A stretch of DNA of 64,000 nt, from contig UROG01000002.1 in NCBI GenBank assembly GCA_900549485.1, positions 17,475 through 81,474 on the forward strand. Reading direction: 5' to 3'. Under the pieces are notes generated by a model that worked only from the letters and a program-made list of their open reading frames with translations, was not told the origin of the DNA and ran no database searches. The DNA is from an uncultured Eubacteriales bacterium (GTDB lineage Bacteria > Bacillota > Clostridia > Oscillospirales > Oscillospiraceae). The stretch's first letter is position 1. Every line of letters starts with the position of its first letter. Shown here piece by piece: positions 39,348 through 48,122 of this stretch. Made by a program: the position numbers and the translations under genes.

Positions 39348-39515
39348 CCCGTATCGCTGCTGATGACAGATTGCATCCACTGCCGGCTGGTATCTGCCGG
39401 AATTAGACTATACCCCCCTCCCCTTAAAGTTGACGTTATCAGCGCAAGTAACCGCGCGACCTTGTGACCTTGCACAAACAATCGCGCGTAAGATTTTTTT
39501 GGAAAGAGGTTCAGT

Positions 39516-39893
39516 ATGACAGAAGAAAAAAACTCGGCAGAAGAAAAAAGCATGGTGATAAAAGTTGACCTCAATGCTCAGGCAAGGGAGATTCTTGAGA
39601 GAGCCACGGCAAAGGGTGTTGAGCATAGCTTCATGTTTGTCACGGCGTTCAAAAGGTATCAGGAGTTAATCTCCCATCTGCAAAAATTACAGGAAAGCAT
39701 AAAAAAAGATGGCATGCTCGTGAAAAAGGAGTATGTCAAAGGCCGCGCAAACATTTATGTGAATCCGGCAGTAAACGCTTATAATGCGACATCCGCAGCA
39801 GCGGATAGGACAGCGCAGCTCCTGATGCGATATATAGTTCAGCCGCTGAAAGATGAGAACGAGGACGACGGCGACGCATTCGATGTTTTTTAA
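39516..39893 (+). CDS. phage terminase small subunit (P27 family)
   Basis: 125 aa with the P27-family pattern (LNAQAREILERAT...YVNPAVNAYN). GAGG RBS. Confidence 0.65.
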   Translation: MTEEKNSAEEKSMVIKVDLNAQAREILERATAKGVEHSFMFVTAFKRYQELISHLQKLQESIKKDGMLVKKEYVKGRANIYVNPAVNAYNATSAAADRTAQLLMRYIVQPLKDENEDDGDAFDVF

Positions 39894-39909
39894 TTGGGGG
39901 TGAGGCGGC

Positions 39910-41649
39910 ATGATAAACCTCGAAGAGCTCCATGTCGCAAGCATCATCCAGTCGTCTAAAGCATTTCAGTTTGCAGCTGATGTCGTAAATGGGAAAATCA
40001 TATCCGGGAAACGCCGAAAGCAAGCCTGCCAGAGATTCATTGACGAACTTGAAAAATCGGCAGTTGACCCGTCATATCCATGGGAATTCAGCATTGAAAG
40101 AGCATACCGCCCGATAGAATTTATCGAGCGGTTTCTGACGCCGACAAAGAGCACGTATACGCGCATGGAACTGCTCCCGTGGCAGCATTTCGTTGAAGCC
40201 AATATGTACGGTTGGATATCCAGAAAAACAGGATATCGTAGATTCCGCGAAGCCCTCGTAATCGTTGGACAAGGAAATGGCAAATCTACCATGATAGCCG
40301 GGAATGCGGCGTATGCTCTTACGAAAGACGGTGAGCGCGGCGCTGAAGTCTATTGCTTGGCAAATTCAAAAGACCAAGCAAGGATTATTTTCAATGAGTG
40401 CTCAGCGCAGGTTAAAAACAGTCGGACTTTGTCTAAGCACGTTCGTATTACGAAGCAGGGCGTGTTTTATGATAAAACGAACAGCAAATTTCAGCCGCTC
40501 GCGTCCGACAGCAAAAACCTTGACGGTCGAAATGTGCACATGGGCGTTTTCGATGAAATACAAGAATTCCGCGATTATAAGCTGATTAACGTTATCAAAG
40601 GTAAAATTAAAAAGAGAAAACAGCCCTTGATAATATACATCACAACTCTTGGCACGGTTATTGATGGCCCACTGATGGATTTTTATATTCTCGGCGGTCA
40701 GATTCTCGACGACACGGGAGCTATTGCTCAGCGCGCCGCAGATCGCATGTTCGTTTATATCGATGAAATAGACGAAAATGACGACGTTGAAGATTATACC
40801 TGTTGGGGCAAAGCGAATCCCTCACTTGGAGCGTTGCTCGATATTGAGGACTTAAAAGACGAATGGGAACGAGTAAAAACCATTCCGAGCGAGAGAAACA
40901 ATTTCATAAATAAGCAGCTCAACGTGTTCACAATGGTGGATGAGTTGAGCTTTCTTGATGTAAGGACGATATGTAAGAACGACCGTGTATATGACGTTGA
41001 AAATTTGCATGGAGCGGTCTGCTACGGCGGATTTGACCTGGCAGAGACAGAAGATTTTACTTCAGCCTGTCTTGAGTTTCCTTTGCCCGATAACAGTTTC
41101 TTTGTGTTGGAGCATTCATGGGTACCCGAAAAGAAAGTAAAGTTTGACCATGAAAAGCTCGACTGGCAGACGCTCGTGGAGCGAGGCTGGCTTACCATAG
41201 TGCCGGGCGAATATGTGGACTATATCTACATTTTTGACTGGTTCGTTGAAATGCAGAAGCTTTACCGCATAGATTCTATTGGTTTTGACCCAGCAAAAGC
41301 GTTCATGATGGTACAGAAAATGCGAGAACACGGATTTGTCTTGAATGATGTACGTCAAGGCGAACTGACACTGACAGGACCGTTGGACGATCTCAAAGAA
41401 CACTTCCTCGATGGGAGCATAGTTCACAACAACAATGCCATGTTCAAATGGTATTTGAGCAATGTAAAGCTCACAAAGCGCTCGGCAAATGCCACATATC
41501 TTCCGACCAAGCTTTCAAAATACCGCAAAATTGACGGATTTGCGGCTTTGCTGGACGCTCACACGGAGTTTTTGCGCAAACATCCAACACAGATTCCACC
41601 AGACAAAGAATTGACCACGGTCATCAATTTACAGAATTTGAAGGGGTGA
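39910..41649 (+). CDS. phage terminase large subunit
   Basis: 579 aa. Walker A-like VIVGQGNGKST, Walker B MGVFDEIQEF, C-terminal RNaseH-like nuclease. Confidence 0.85.
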   Translation: MINLEELHVASIIQSSKAFQFAADVVNGKIISGKRRKQACQRFIDELEKSAVDPSYPWEFSIERAYRPIEFIERFLTPTKSTYTRMELLPWQHFVEANMYGWISRKTGYRRFREALVIVGQGNGKSTMIAGNAAYALTKDGERGAEVYCLANSKDQARIIFNECSAQVKNSRTLSKHVRITKQGVFYDKTNSKFQPLASDSKNLDGRNVHMGVFDEIQEFRDYKLINVIKGKIKKRKQPLIIYITTLGTVIDGPLMDFYILGGQILDDTGAIAQRAADRMFVYIDEIDENDDVEDYTCWGKANPSLGALLDIEDLKDEWERVKTIPSERNNFINKQLNVFTMVDELSFLDVRTICKNDRVYDVENLHGAVCYGGFDLAETEDFTSACLEFPLPDNSFFVLEHSWVPEKKVKFDHEKLDWQTLVERGWLTIVPGEYVDYIYIFDWFVEMQKLYRIDSIGFDPAKAFMMVQKMREHGFVLNDVRQGELTLTGPLDDLKEHFLDGSIVHNNNAMFKWYLSNVKLTKRSANATYLPTKLSKYRKIDGFAALLDAHTEFLRKHPTQIPPDKELTTVINLQNLKG

Positions 41650-41655
41650 TGTTCC

Positions 41656-42930
41656 TTGGGATTTAGGACAAGATTAAAAGAAAGGCGCCGCCAGCGGATA
41701 ATAAAGGCAGCGCTTGCGGAAGGACTGATGGTGCCAAGTCAGCAGGTAATACATAAATCGTGGCTGCCGCATTGGCTGAGAGGCGACTACACACTCAAAA
41801 ACAGCGAGTTGCTTTTTTCAGCGGTATCTCGCATTTCAAATTCGCTGTCGGCTATGCCTATTCAGCTTTATAAAGGGTCAATGCCAATGCATACCGACCT
41901 GAATGACCTGGTATCATTCAGCCCCAATCCAAATATGACAAGCTGCCAATTTTTCAAAACGCTTGAGGCGTGCCGAGATACGTCAGGCAATGCGTACGCG
42001 CTGAAAATTTTTTCAGTCAATGGCACAATCGAACGTCTGGACATACTCGACCCGTCAAGGGTACAGCCAATAATGGAGACAAACAGCCGAGAGCTTTGGT
42101 ACAGGATTACGCCAGAACAGGGAAAAGAGTTTTATGTACATGGATTCTATGTGATCCATGTACCTTTTATTTCTACGAATGGATACTCCGGTGTTAATCC
42201 TGTCTCTGTTCTCTATGACACGCTGAGTTATTCCGAAAACATTCAGACATTCAGCGTAAAGCAGCTCGATCAGGGCGTGAACGCAGCCATAGTTCTGGAA
42301 GCCCCGGCCAACCTCGGCGAGACCCAGAAGAAAACGATGGTCAAGTCTTTCATGGAAACCTACAAAGAAACCTCCGGCAATATTCTGCTGCTTGAATCTG
42401 GAGTTACGGCCAAAAGCCTGAATCTGTCTCCGGTCGATACAAAGCTCTTTGAGGTTGAAAAAATTACGCGCTCAAAGGTTGCAATGGTGTACAACATCCC
42501 GCCGCATTTGCTGGGAGACTACTCTGATACGTCGTTCACATCCCAAGAACAGCAGATGTTGGAGTTTTTAATGCTCACAATGCTGCCTATCGTGACTGCA
42601 TACGAGCAGGAGCTCAACAGAAAACTGCTCTCAAAGACGCAGAGGAAGAAAGGCTATCACTTCAAATTTGATATGGATGCCATACTCCGCGCCGACGCTG
42701 CTACACAGGCCGAAGTCGATTACAAGGCGGTGCGCTCCGCGTGGAAGACCCCGGATGAGATACGCCAGAACCGCAACCTGCCGCCGCTGCCGAACGGTAT
42801 CGGCAAAAAGGCTATGATTTCGCAGGACCTTGCAACGCTGGAGTATACCGTCAACCAGAAGCCATCTGTATTGGCAGGGGGGATTGCCCCCGATAAGCCG
42901 CCCACCCCGGACGATACCGGGGATGAATAA
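41656..42930 (+). CDS. phage portal protein (HK97 family)
   Basis: About 420 aa directly after terL. The start is TTG 41656 or ATG 41728. Confidence 0.8.
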   Translation: MGFRTRLKERRRQRIIKAALAEGLMVPSQQVIHKSWLPHWLRGDYTLKNSELLFSAVSRISNSLSAMPIQLYKGSMPMHTDLNDLVSFSPNPNMTSCQFFKTLEACRDTSGNAYALKIFSVNGTIERLDILDPSRVQPIMETNSRELWYRITPEQGKEFYVHGFYVIHVPFISTNGYSGVNPVSVLYDTLSYSENIQTFSVKQLDQGVNAAIVLEAPANLGETQKKTMVKSFMETYKETSGNILLLESGVTAKSLNLSPVDTKLFEVEKITRSKVAMVYNIPPHLLGDYSDTSFTSQEQQMLEFLMLTMLPIVTAYEQELNRKLLSKTQRKKGYHFKFDMDAILRADAATQAEVDYKAVRSAWKTPDEIRQNRNLPPLPNGIGKKAMISQDLATLEYTVNQKPSVLAGGIAPDKPPTPDDTGDE

Positions 42931-43018
42931 CGCTCGCAACCACGCTGAAAAGCGTGGATTTTTTATAGCCTGCTGTCTTTGCGAGGACAGCAAGAGACTG
43001 TGAGGAAGGAGGAAACGA

Positions 43019-43834
43019 ATGGAACGGATTGAAAAATTCAAGGGATTTCGCGTCAAAAAGGCCGATTCTGCTGCCGATATTGCGCTGATAAATCAGTTTG
43101 CTGTAAAAGAGCTGTCTCCCGATGACGTGTATTGTTTCTCACTCGTTCTCTGCGACAACGATGTTGACCGCGATACTGAACGCTTCACTGACCAGACATT
43201 GGAACGCCTTGCCAAGCTCTTTGTTGGTAAGACAGGCATAAGTGACCATGAATGGCGTGCAAGCGGCCAGATTGCTCGGATATACCGCACTGAAGTAGTT
43301 GCAACGGGAGAAAAAACGAAGCTGGGAGCACCTCTCAAACAGCTCCGCGCCAGCGCTTATATGGTTCGTAGTGATGCCACAAAGCCGATTGTTGATTCTA
43401 TTGATGCCGGCATTCTGAAAGAGATTTCTATCGGCTGCCGAGTGAAATCCTGCAACTGCTCGATCTGCAAGAAACCGCTGAAAATGAACTGGAGCACGTG
43501 GAAATACCAGTGCGAAACAGGCCATATCAAGGGAGAAACCTACCCTGAGGGGCTTTGTGTGGGTGATCTCGAAGATGCTGTTGACGCCTATGAATTCTCC
43601 TTCGTCGCTGTGCCGGCACAGAAAGGCGCGGGAGTCACAAAAAGTGTCGGTTGTGTTGACGACGCTTTTGAAGTGCTCATGTCTGCGGATCTCAGCGCGC
43701 ACAGTTGCAAGCTGAAAGCCCTTTTGCCGCGCATTCAGTCGGCTATGGCTGATGCGGCAGATCGCGAGGCAAGAGAAAAAATCCTCGCCGAAAACGAGAA
43801 ATATCTCAAAAATTTTGAAAAGGAGAAAAAGTAA
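43019..43834 (+). CDS. prohead maturation protease / scaffold
   Basis: Lies between portal and capsid. 271 aa, coiled-coil C-terminus. Confidence 0.5.
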   Translation: MERIEKFKGFRVKKADSAADIALINQFAVKELSPDDVYCFSLVLCDNDVDRDTERFTDQTLERLAKLFVGKTGISDHEWRASGQIARIYRTEVVATGEKTKLGAPLKQLRASAYMVRSDATKPIVDSIDAGILKEISIGCRVKSCNCSICKKPLKMNWSTWKYQCETGHIKGETYPEGLCVGDLEDAVDAYEFSFVAVPAQKGAGVTKSVGCVDDAFEVLMSADLSAHSCKLKALLPRIQSAMADAADREAREKILAENEKYLKNFEKEKK

Positions 43835-45000
43835 TGACTCTGTTTGAAATGAAAGAAAAGATGGCCACTCTTCAGGCGGCAATCGCGGCAGATGCGGCGT
43901 GGATCGCCGAAAAAGCTGCTGATGCATCGGTTTCGATGGAAGACATCACCGCAAAGAAAACTCATCGTGATGAGCTCCAGAACCGTTATGATATGCTCAA
44001 GTCCGAGCATGACGCGATGGAGGCTCGTCAGCGTGCAGATCTGGAGGTTCACGAAGCTGCTGTTCCGAAGACTGATAAAGAGCGCGGTATAAAGGCAAAG
44101 GCTGCCTTTTATCGTGCCGCCCTCACTAGGGGCAATGTCAAGAAAGCTTATGAAGGTCTCGGCGGCATTCCTGCAGATGATGCCGATTTGGGTCACGGCG
44201 ATAATCTTCTGCCGAACAACATCAGCAATGAGCTGCTGACTGAGCCCATAGAGAAGAACCCCCTGCGTCCTATTTGCCGTGTCACCAATATCACTGGCCT
44301 TGAAGAGCCGAAGCTGGGCTTTACTATCGATGATGCGGACATCGGCGATGTGACCGACAAGGAAACCGCGCATGAAATTGAAATGGACGGCGATACTGTG
44401 GCCTATGGCCGTCTGAAGATGAAGGTTTCTGCGACTGTCAAAGACACCGTCCTTCACGGTACTGACACCAATCTCGTAAGCGAGATAGACGAAAACCTCC
44501 GTTCCGCTCTGGCAATCCGTGAGAAGCACTTTGCTTTTCTTCCCGCAGCTACGTGCACGACTGATACTGCTCATGCGCACATGAGCTTCTACAACAAGGA
44601 GAGCAACAAGTCGGTAATTAAGGAAGTGGAGGGCGCAGACCTGTACAATGCCATTGTAAACGCCTATGCCGACCTTGCCGACGACTATGCAGCTAATGCA
44701 CGGGTCGTCATGAAGAAAGCCGACTACTATGGCATGATTGCTGCGCTGACCAACACTGCCGAGGCGTTGTTCACGGACAAGCCCGCAAAGATTCTCGGCA
44801 TTCCGGTTGTGTTCTGCGACAAGGCAACTGTTCCTGTCGTCGGCGATTTCACCTATTATGGCATCAACTATGACATTGGCGCCATCTATGAGACTGACAA
44901 GGATGCGAAGAAGGGCGAGTATTACTTCGTGTTTACCGCTTGGGGCGATCAGCAGATTCGTCTCAAGAGCGCGTTCCGTCTCGCAAAGGTAAACCCTTGA
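43834..45000 (+). CDS. major capsid protein (HK97 fold) with N-terminal delta domain
   Basis: 388 aa. Coiled-coil delta region followed by the capsid body. ATGA coupling to the upstream gene. Confidence 0.8.
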   Translation: MTLFEMKEKMATLQAAIAADAAWIAEKAADASVSMEDITAKKTHRDELQNRYDMLKSEHDAMEARQRADLEVHEAAVPKTDKERGIKAKAAFYRAALTRGNVKKAYEGLGGIPADDADLGHGDNLLPNNISNELLTEPIEKNPLRPICRVTNITGLEEPKLGFTIDDADIGDVTDKETAHEIEMDGDTVAYGRLKMKVSATVKDTVLHGTDTNLVSEIDENLRSALAIREKHFAFLPAATCTTDTAHAHMSFYNKESNKSVIKEVEGADLYNAIVNAYADLADDYAANARVVMKKADYYGMIAALTNTAEALFTDKPAKILGIPVVFCDKATVPVVGDFTYYGINYDIGAIYETDKDAKKGEYYFVFTAWGDQQIRLKSAFRLAKVNP

Positions 45001-45281
45001 GCGCGAACCTGTCGGGGCTGACGATTGGTTCGCTGACGCTGACACCGGCTTTTGATAAAAATGTCGTGTCATATACAGCCACAACCACAAACTCCACCAA
45101 CAAGGTAACGGCTACTGCGGAGGACAGCAAAGCCACAATCTCCATAAAGAACGGCGATACCGAAGTTGTGAATGGAGAAGCGGCAACATGGGCTGACGGT
45201 GAAAATGTGCTCACAGTAAAGGTCGTCAACGGCACCGCCAGCAAGACCTATACCGTCACCGTGACAAAAAGCGGAGGCTGA
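44997..45281 (+). CDS. cadherin-like (Ig-like) beta-sandwich domain ORF, possibly a -1 frameshift extension of the capsid protein
   Basis: LSANLSGLTIGSLTLTPAFDKNVVSYTATT...KTYTVTVTK matches the cadherin-like beta-sandwich repeat. It sits in the -1 frame relative to the MCP and overlaps the MCP's last 60 nt. Confidence 0.5.
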   Translation: MSANLSGLTIGSLTLTPAFDKNVVSYTATTTNSTNKVTATAEDSKATISIKNGDTEVVNGEAATWADGENVLTVKVVNGTASKTYTVTVTKSGG

Positions 45282-45286
45282 CAGTC

Positions 45287-45736
45287 ATGGCGGTAACTGT
45301 TGAAGATGTCATAAATCATATCGGCTTGCCGCCTGACCCTGCTGAATGGGATAACAGCACTGCCTATATCAACGGCAGTGCTGTTTCTCATAACGATTAT
45401 ATCTGGTGCTCTACCGCCGACGACAACATTACCGAGCCGGGCACGGCAAATGCGAAATGGATCGCAATCGGACAAACTGCCGCTTGCAAGGTTGCTCCGC
45501 ATTTGGCCGCTGCGAAATCTAAAGCGCGCACTGCCGGAATTCCGGCTTTTAAGAACAACGCTCAGTACGATTCTTTCATAAAGGATCTCGCAGCCATGTA
45601 CTACGATAACCGCGGAATGGCTTTCGGTGGCTCGTATCAGGCTACAGCCGAAGAGAATGCCCGGAAGATGATAAACGGTCATGTGCTTGAGCTGCGCTAT
45701 GCATCCGAAGATTCTGAGGACGGTGAGAATACGTGA
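45287..45736 (+). CDS. head-tail connector (gp6/gp15-like) protein
   Basis: Position after the capsid. N-terminus MAVTVEDVINHIGL resembles the DNA-packaging / head-tail connector family. Confidence 0.5.
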   Translation: MAVTVEDVINHIGLPPDPAEWDNSTAYINGSAVSHNDYIWCSTADDNITEPGTANAKWIAIGQTAACKVAPHLAAAKSKARTAGIPAFKNNAQYDSFIKDLAAMYYDNRGMAFGGSYQATAEENARKMINGHVLELRYASEDSEDGENT

Positions 45737-46089
45737 GCAAAAGTGCAAATGCCGGGGAGCTTCGTACCCCGGTTTTTTTCGTTCAAACGAAGCGCGATAC
45801 TGACGGCGAAGGTTATCCAGTCGTAAAAGATGTCAATATATTCGGGGACGGCGCATCTGTACTGTGCAAATGGGTCAATGCTCACGGCAGTGAAATGTTC
45901 TCGGCATTGCAACTGCAGCTCCGAGAGCCTGCAACTATAACCTGCCGATACTCCCCGCTTATCAACGAGCGTCTCGATGTGTACAAGGCCGGCGATTCCA
46001 TACCATACGAGATTATATCCATAGATAACGTTGAACAGCGAAACCTCTGGCTCGAAATCAAGGTACAGCGAAAGGAGGCAGCGCGGTAA
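45733..46089 (+). CDS. head closure / head-tail adaptor protein
   Basis: 118 aa, position and size. Confidence 0.5.
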   Translation: MSKSANAGELRTPVFFVQTKRDTDGEGYPVVKDVNIFGDGASVLCKWVNAHGSEMFSALQLQLREPATITCRYSPLINERLDVYKAGDSIPYEIISIDNVEQRNLWLEIKVQRKEAAR

Positions 46090-46445
46090 TGGATAATAAC
46101 AACAGCATAGATTCTCGCCTTGTGGACGCGCTGTCTGTATTTGATCTTGATGTTGAGCGGTCTGTTTATACAGGGCAGAGCAAAAAATACTTCGTTTTCA
46201 ACTACACTACCATCCCGGATGATTTTTCGGATGACGCGCCGGAACATGAACGGTATCTGATTCAGGTTCATCTGTTTGCCCCGCCGTTTGAGAAAAACAT
46301 CAATCCTATGGTCAAATCCATCAAAATTGCGCTGTATAACGCTGGATTCATATTCCCGGAAACGTTAGATGAAAGCGATGGCAATGGTCGTCACATTGTT
46401 TTTGAGACGGAGGATGCTGAGGGTATCGACTATGGCGAGCTTTGA
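46089..46445 (+). CDS. phage head-tail joining component
   Basis: 118 aa, synteny. Confidence 0.4.
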   Translation: MDNNNSIDSRLVDALSVFDLDVERSVYTGQSKKYFVFNYTTIPDDFSDDAPEHERYLIQVHLFAPPFEKNINPMVKSIKIALYNAGFIFPETLDESDGNGRHIVFETEDAEGIDYGEL

Positions 46446-46929
46446 TACAAACGGGCTTGACGCTCTGATTATCGACCTTGATGAAATCAGCGAGATTGAT
46501 GATGAAACCGTGCTTGATATGCTTGAAGCTGGCGGCGAGGTCATCAGGAAAGCCCATGTTGAGGCCATCAAGAAGATTTTCGGACATAGAAGCGGTAAGT
46601 TCGAGGAATCACCCACAGTATACAAGAAGATGAGCGGCCAGGGAGGCCATCTTCGCTATATTCTCGTTTACCCGGCTGGTGTGCACCACACATACAAGGC
46701 GCGCGGAAAAACATACACCAAGATAAATTGGGGAAGAAAGGGCGACACCGTAAATACTGGTGGCGCAAGGAATGCCACCAATCAGGATGTCGGCTTTGTT
46801 CATGAGTTTGGCGGACATGGCAATGCCGCCGAACAGTGGATGAGAAAAGCCAACGAAGAGCATGCGACCGAGGCTGCTGACGCCGAGGCCGCTGTTCTTT
46901 ATGCATGGCAGAAAAAACATAATCTATAA
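46432..46929 (+). CDS. HK97 gp10-family tail component
   Basis: N-terminus MASFDTNGLDALIIDLDEISEI...VIRKAHVEAIKK resembles the HK97 gp10 family. Confidence 0.5.
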   Translation: MASFDTNGLDALIIDLDEISEIDDETVLDMLEAGGEVIRKAHVEAIKKIFGHRSGKFEESPTVYKKMSGQGGHLRYILVYPAGVHHTYKARGKTYTKINWGRKGDTVNTGGARNATNQDVGFVHEFGGHGNAAEQWMRKANEEHATEAADAEAAVLYAWQKKHNL

Positions 46930-46944
46930 GAAGGAGATAACACT

Positions 46945-47487
46945 ATGGCTGAATTTGGAGCAAAGTACCCTTGCTTTAAGGCTGATGGCAAGGATGCTGG
47001 CGTTGTGCTTGGCAAACTGGTTGCCGCAAATCTCACTGTAAATCTCGCCTCTGGTGAGCTTTACGCGGATGACGCTCTTGACGAGCAGCTTTCGGAGTTC
47101 GCAAGTGGCACGGTTGCCATGGAGACCAACGACCTGACAGACGAAAATGCAGCGGAAGTTTACGGCTGTGATGTTTCTGAAAAAGTCGTTACGTACAACG
47201 TAGGCGACACCGCCCCGTCTGGCAAACTTGCGTATTACAAGAGCCTTATGCGCAACAAGAAGAAATACTATAAGGGAATTCTTTATCCCTGCGCGAGAGC
47301 CGCGCTTGGCAATGACAACGCTCAGACCAAGGGCAGCTCTATTACTTTCGCAACCACGCAGACCACATTCACCATTATGGCGGATGAAAATGGTGATTGG
47401 CGAAAGACCGAGACTTTTGAAACTGAGGCAGAAGCAAAGACTTGGATCAATACTCAGTGCGCCATCGCAACGTCGCCGGGCGGCTGA
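46945..47487 (+). CDS. major tail protein
   Basis: 180 aa, precedes the chaperone pair. GGAG RBS. Confidence 0.55.
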   Translation: MAEFGAKYPCFKADGKDAGVVLGKLVAANLTVNLASGELYADDALDEQLSEFASGTVAMETNDLTDENAAEVYGCDVSEKVVTYNVGDTAPSGKLAYYKSLMRNKKKYYKGILYPCARAALGNDNAQTKGSSITFATTQTTFTIMADENGDWRKTETFETEAEAKTWINTQCAIATSPGG

Positions 47488-47550
47488 TAGTTCAAATTTG
47501 CGCGGGAGAGCTGTTGCAACGGCTCTCCCGCAGTTTTTACGACATGGAGG

Positions 47551-47961
47551 TTGTTGCCGGTGGACGCAATGATAAGCGCCGTAATAAACGGCAAAATAAG
47601 GCCTCTGCATTATTCGGTAGAGGTCATGTTTGAGATAAACCGACTATACGGGTCTGTGCAGGACGCGCTTGAACTGCTTCAAAAGCAGAACCGAGAGGGC
47701 TTCGCCTGTCTGCGGCAGCTCGTTGTTATGATGGCCAATGATGCGGAACTGTGCCGCCGTGCTGAGGGCTTTGATAAAAGTGATATGCTGTCAGAAACAG
47801 ATATTACAACGAGAATCCGTCCGGGTGTCCATTTGCACCTGATAGATGCGGTAATGCAAGCGATAACGCTTGGCTATAAGCAAGAGACCGCGAATGAATC
47901 TGAAACAGAAACTGATTTAGGGCTGCTTGAACTGCAAAAAAAAGAGGTAGCCGGGATCTGA
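47551..47961 (+). CDS. tail assembly chaperone (gpG-like); -1 frameshift product gpGT extends to 48110
   Basis: 136 aa, acidic C-terminus. A8G slippery run at 47936..47944. The -1 frame stays open to the TAG at 48108..48110. Confidence 0.55.
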   Translation: MLPVDAMISAVINGKIRPLHYSVEVMFEINRLYGSVQDALELLQKQNREGFACLRQLVVMMANDAELCRRAEGFDKSDMLSETDITTRIRPGVHLHLIDAVMQAITLGYKQETANESETETDLGLLELQKKEVAGI

Positions 47962-48122
47962 GGGCTGAATACACCTATTTTGCAACCGTGCAACTGCACC
48001 TTTCACGGATTGAATTCGGCCGGATGACCCCCGGCTTGTTTTTTGATATGGTGCAAATCTGGACAAAGGCAAATAGACCCCAAAAGTCCAGCAACGACAT
48101 TGATGATTAGCGAGGGCAGAGT

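Noticed and set aside
43139-45090. Minus-strand ORFs 43139..43927 and 43735..45090 across the protease and capsid genes
   Set aside because: They are antisense to a syntenic structural module that is translationally coupled on the + strand.
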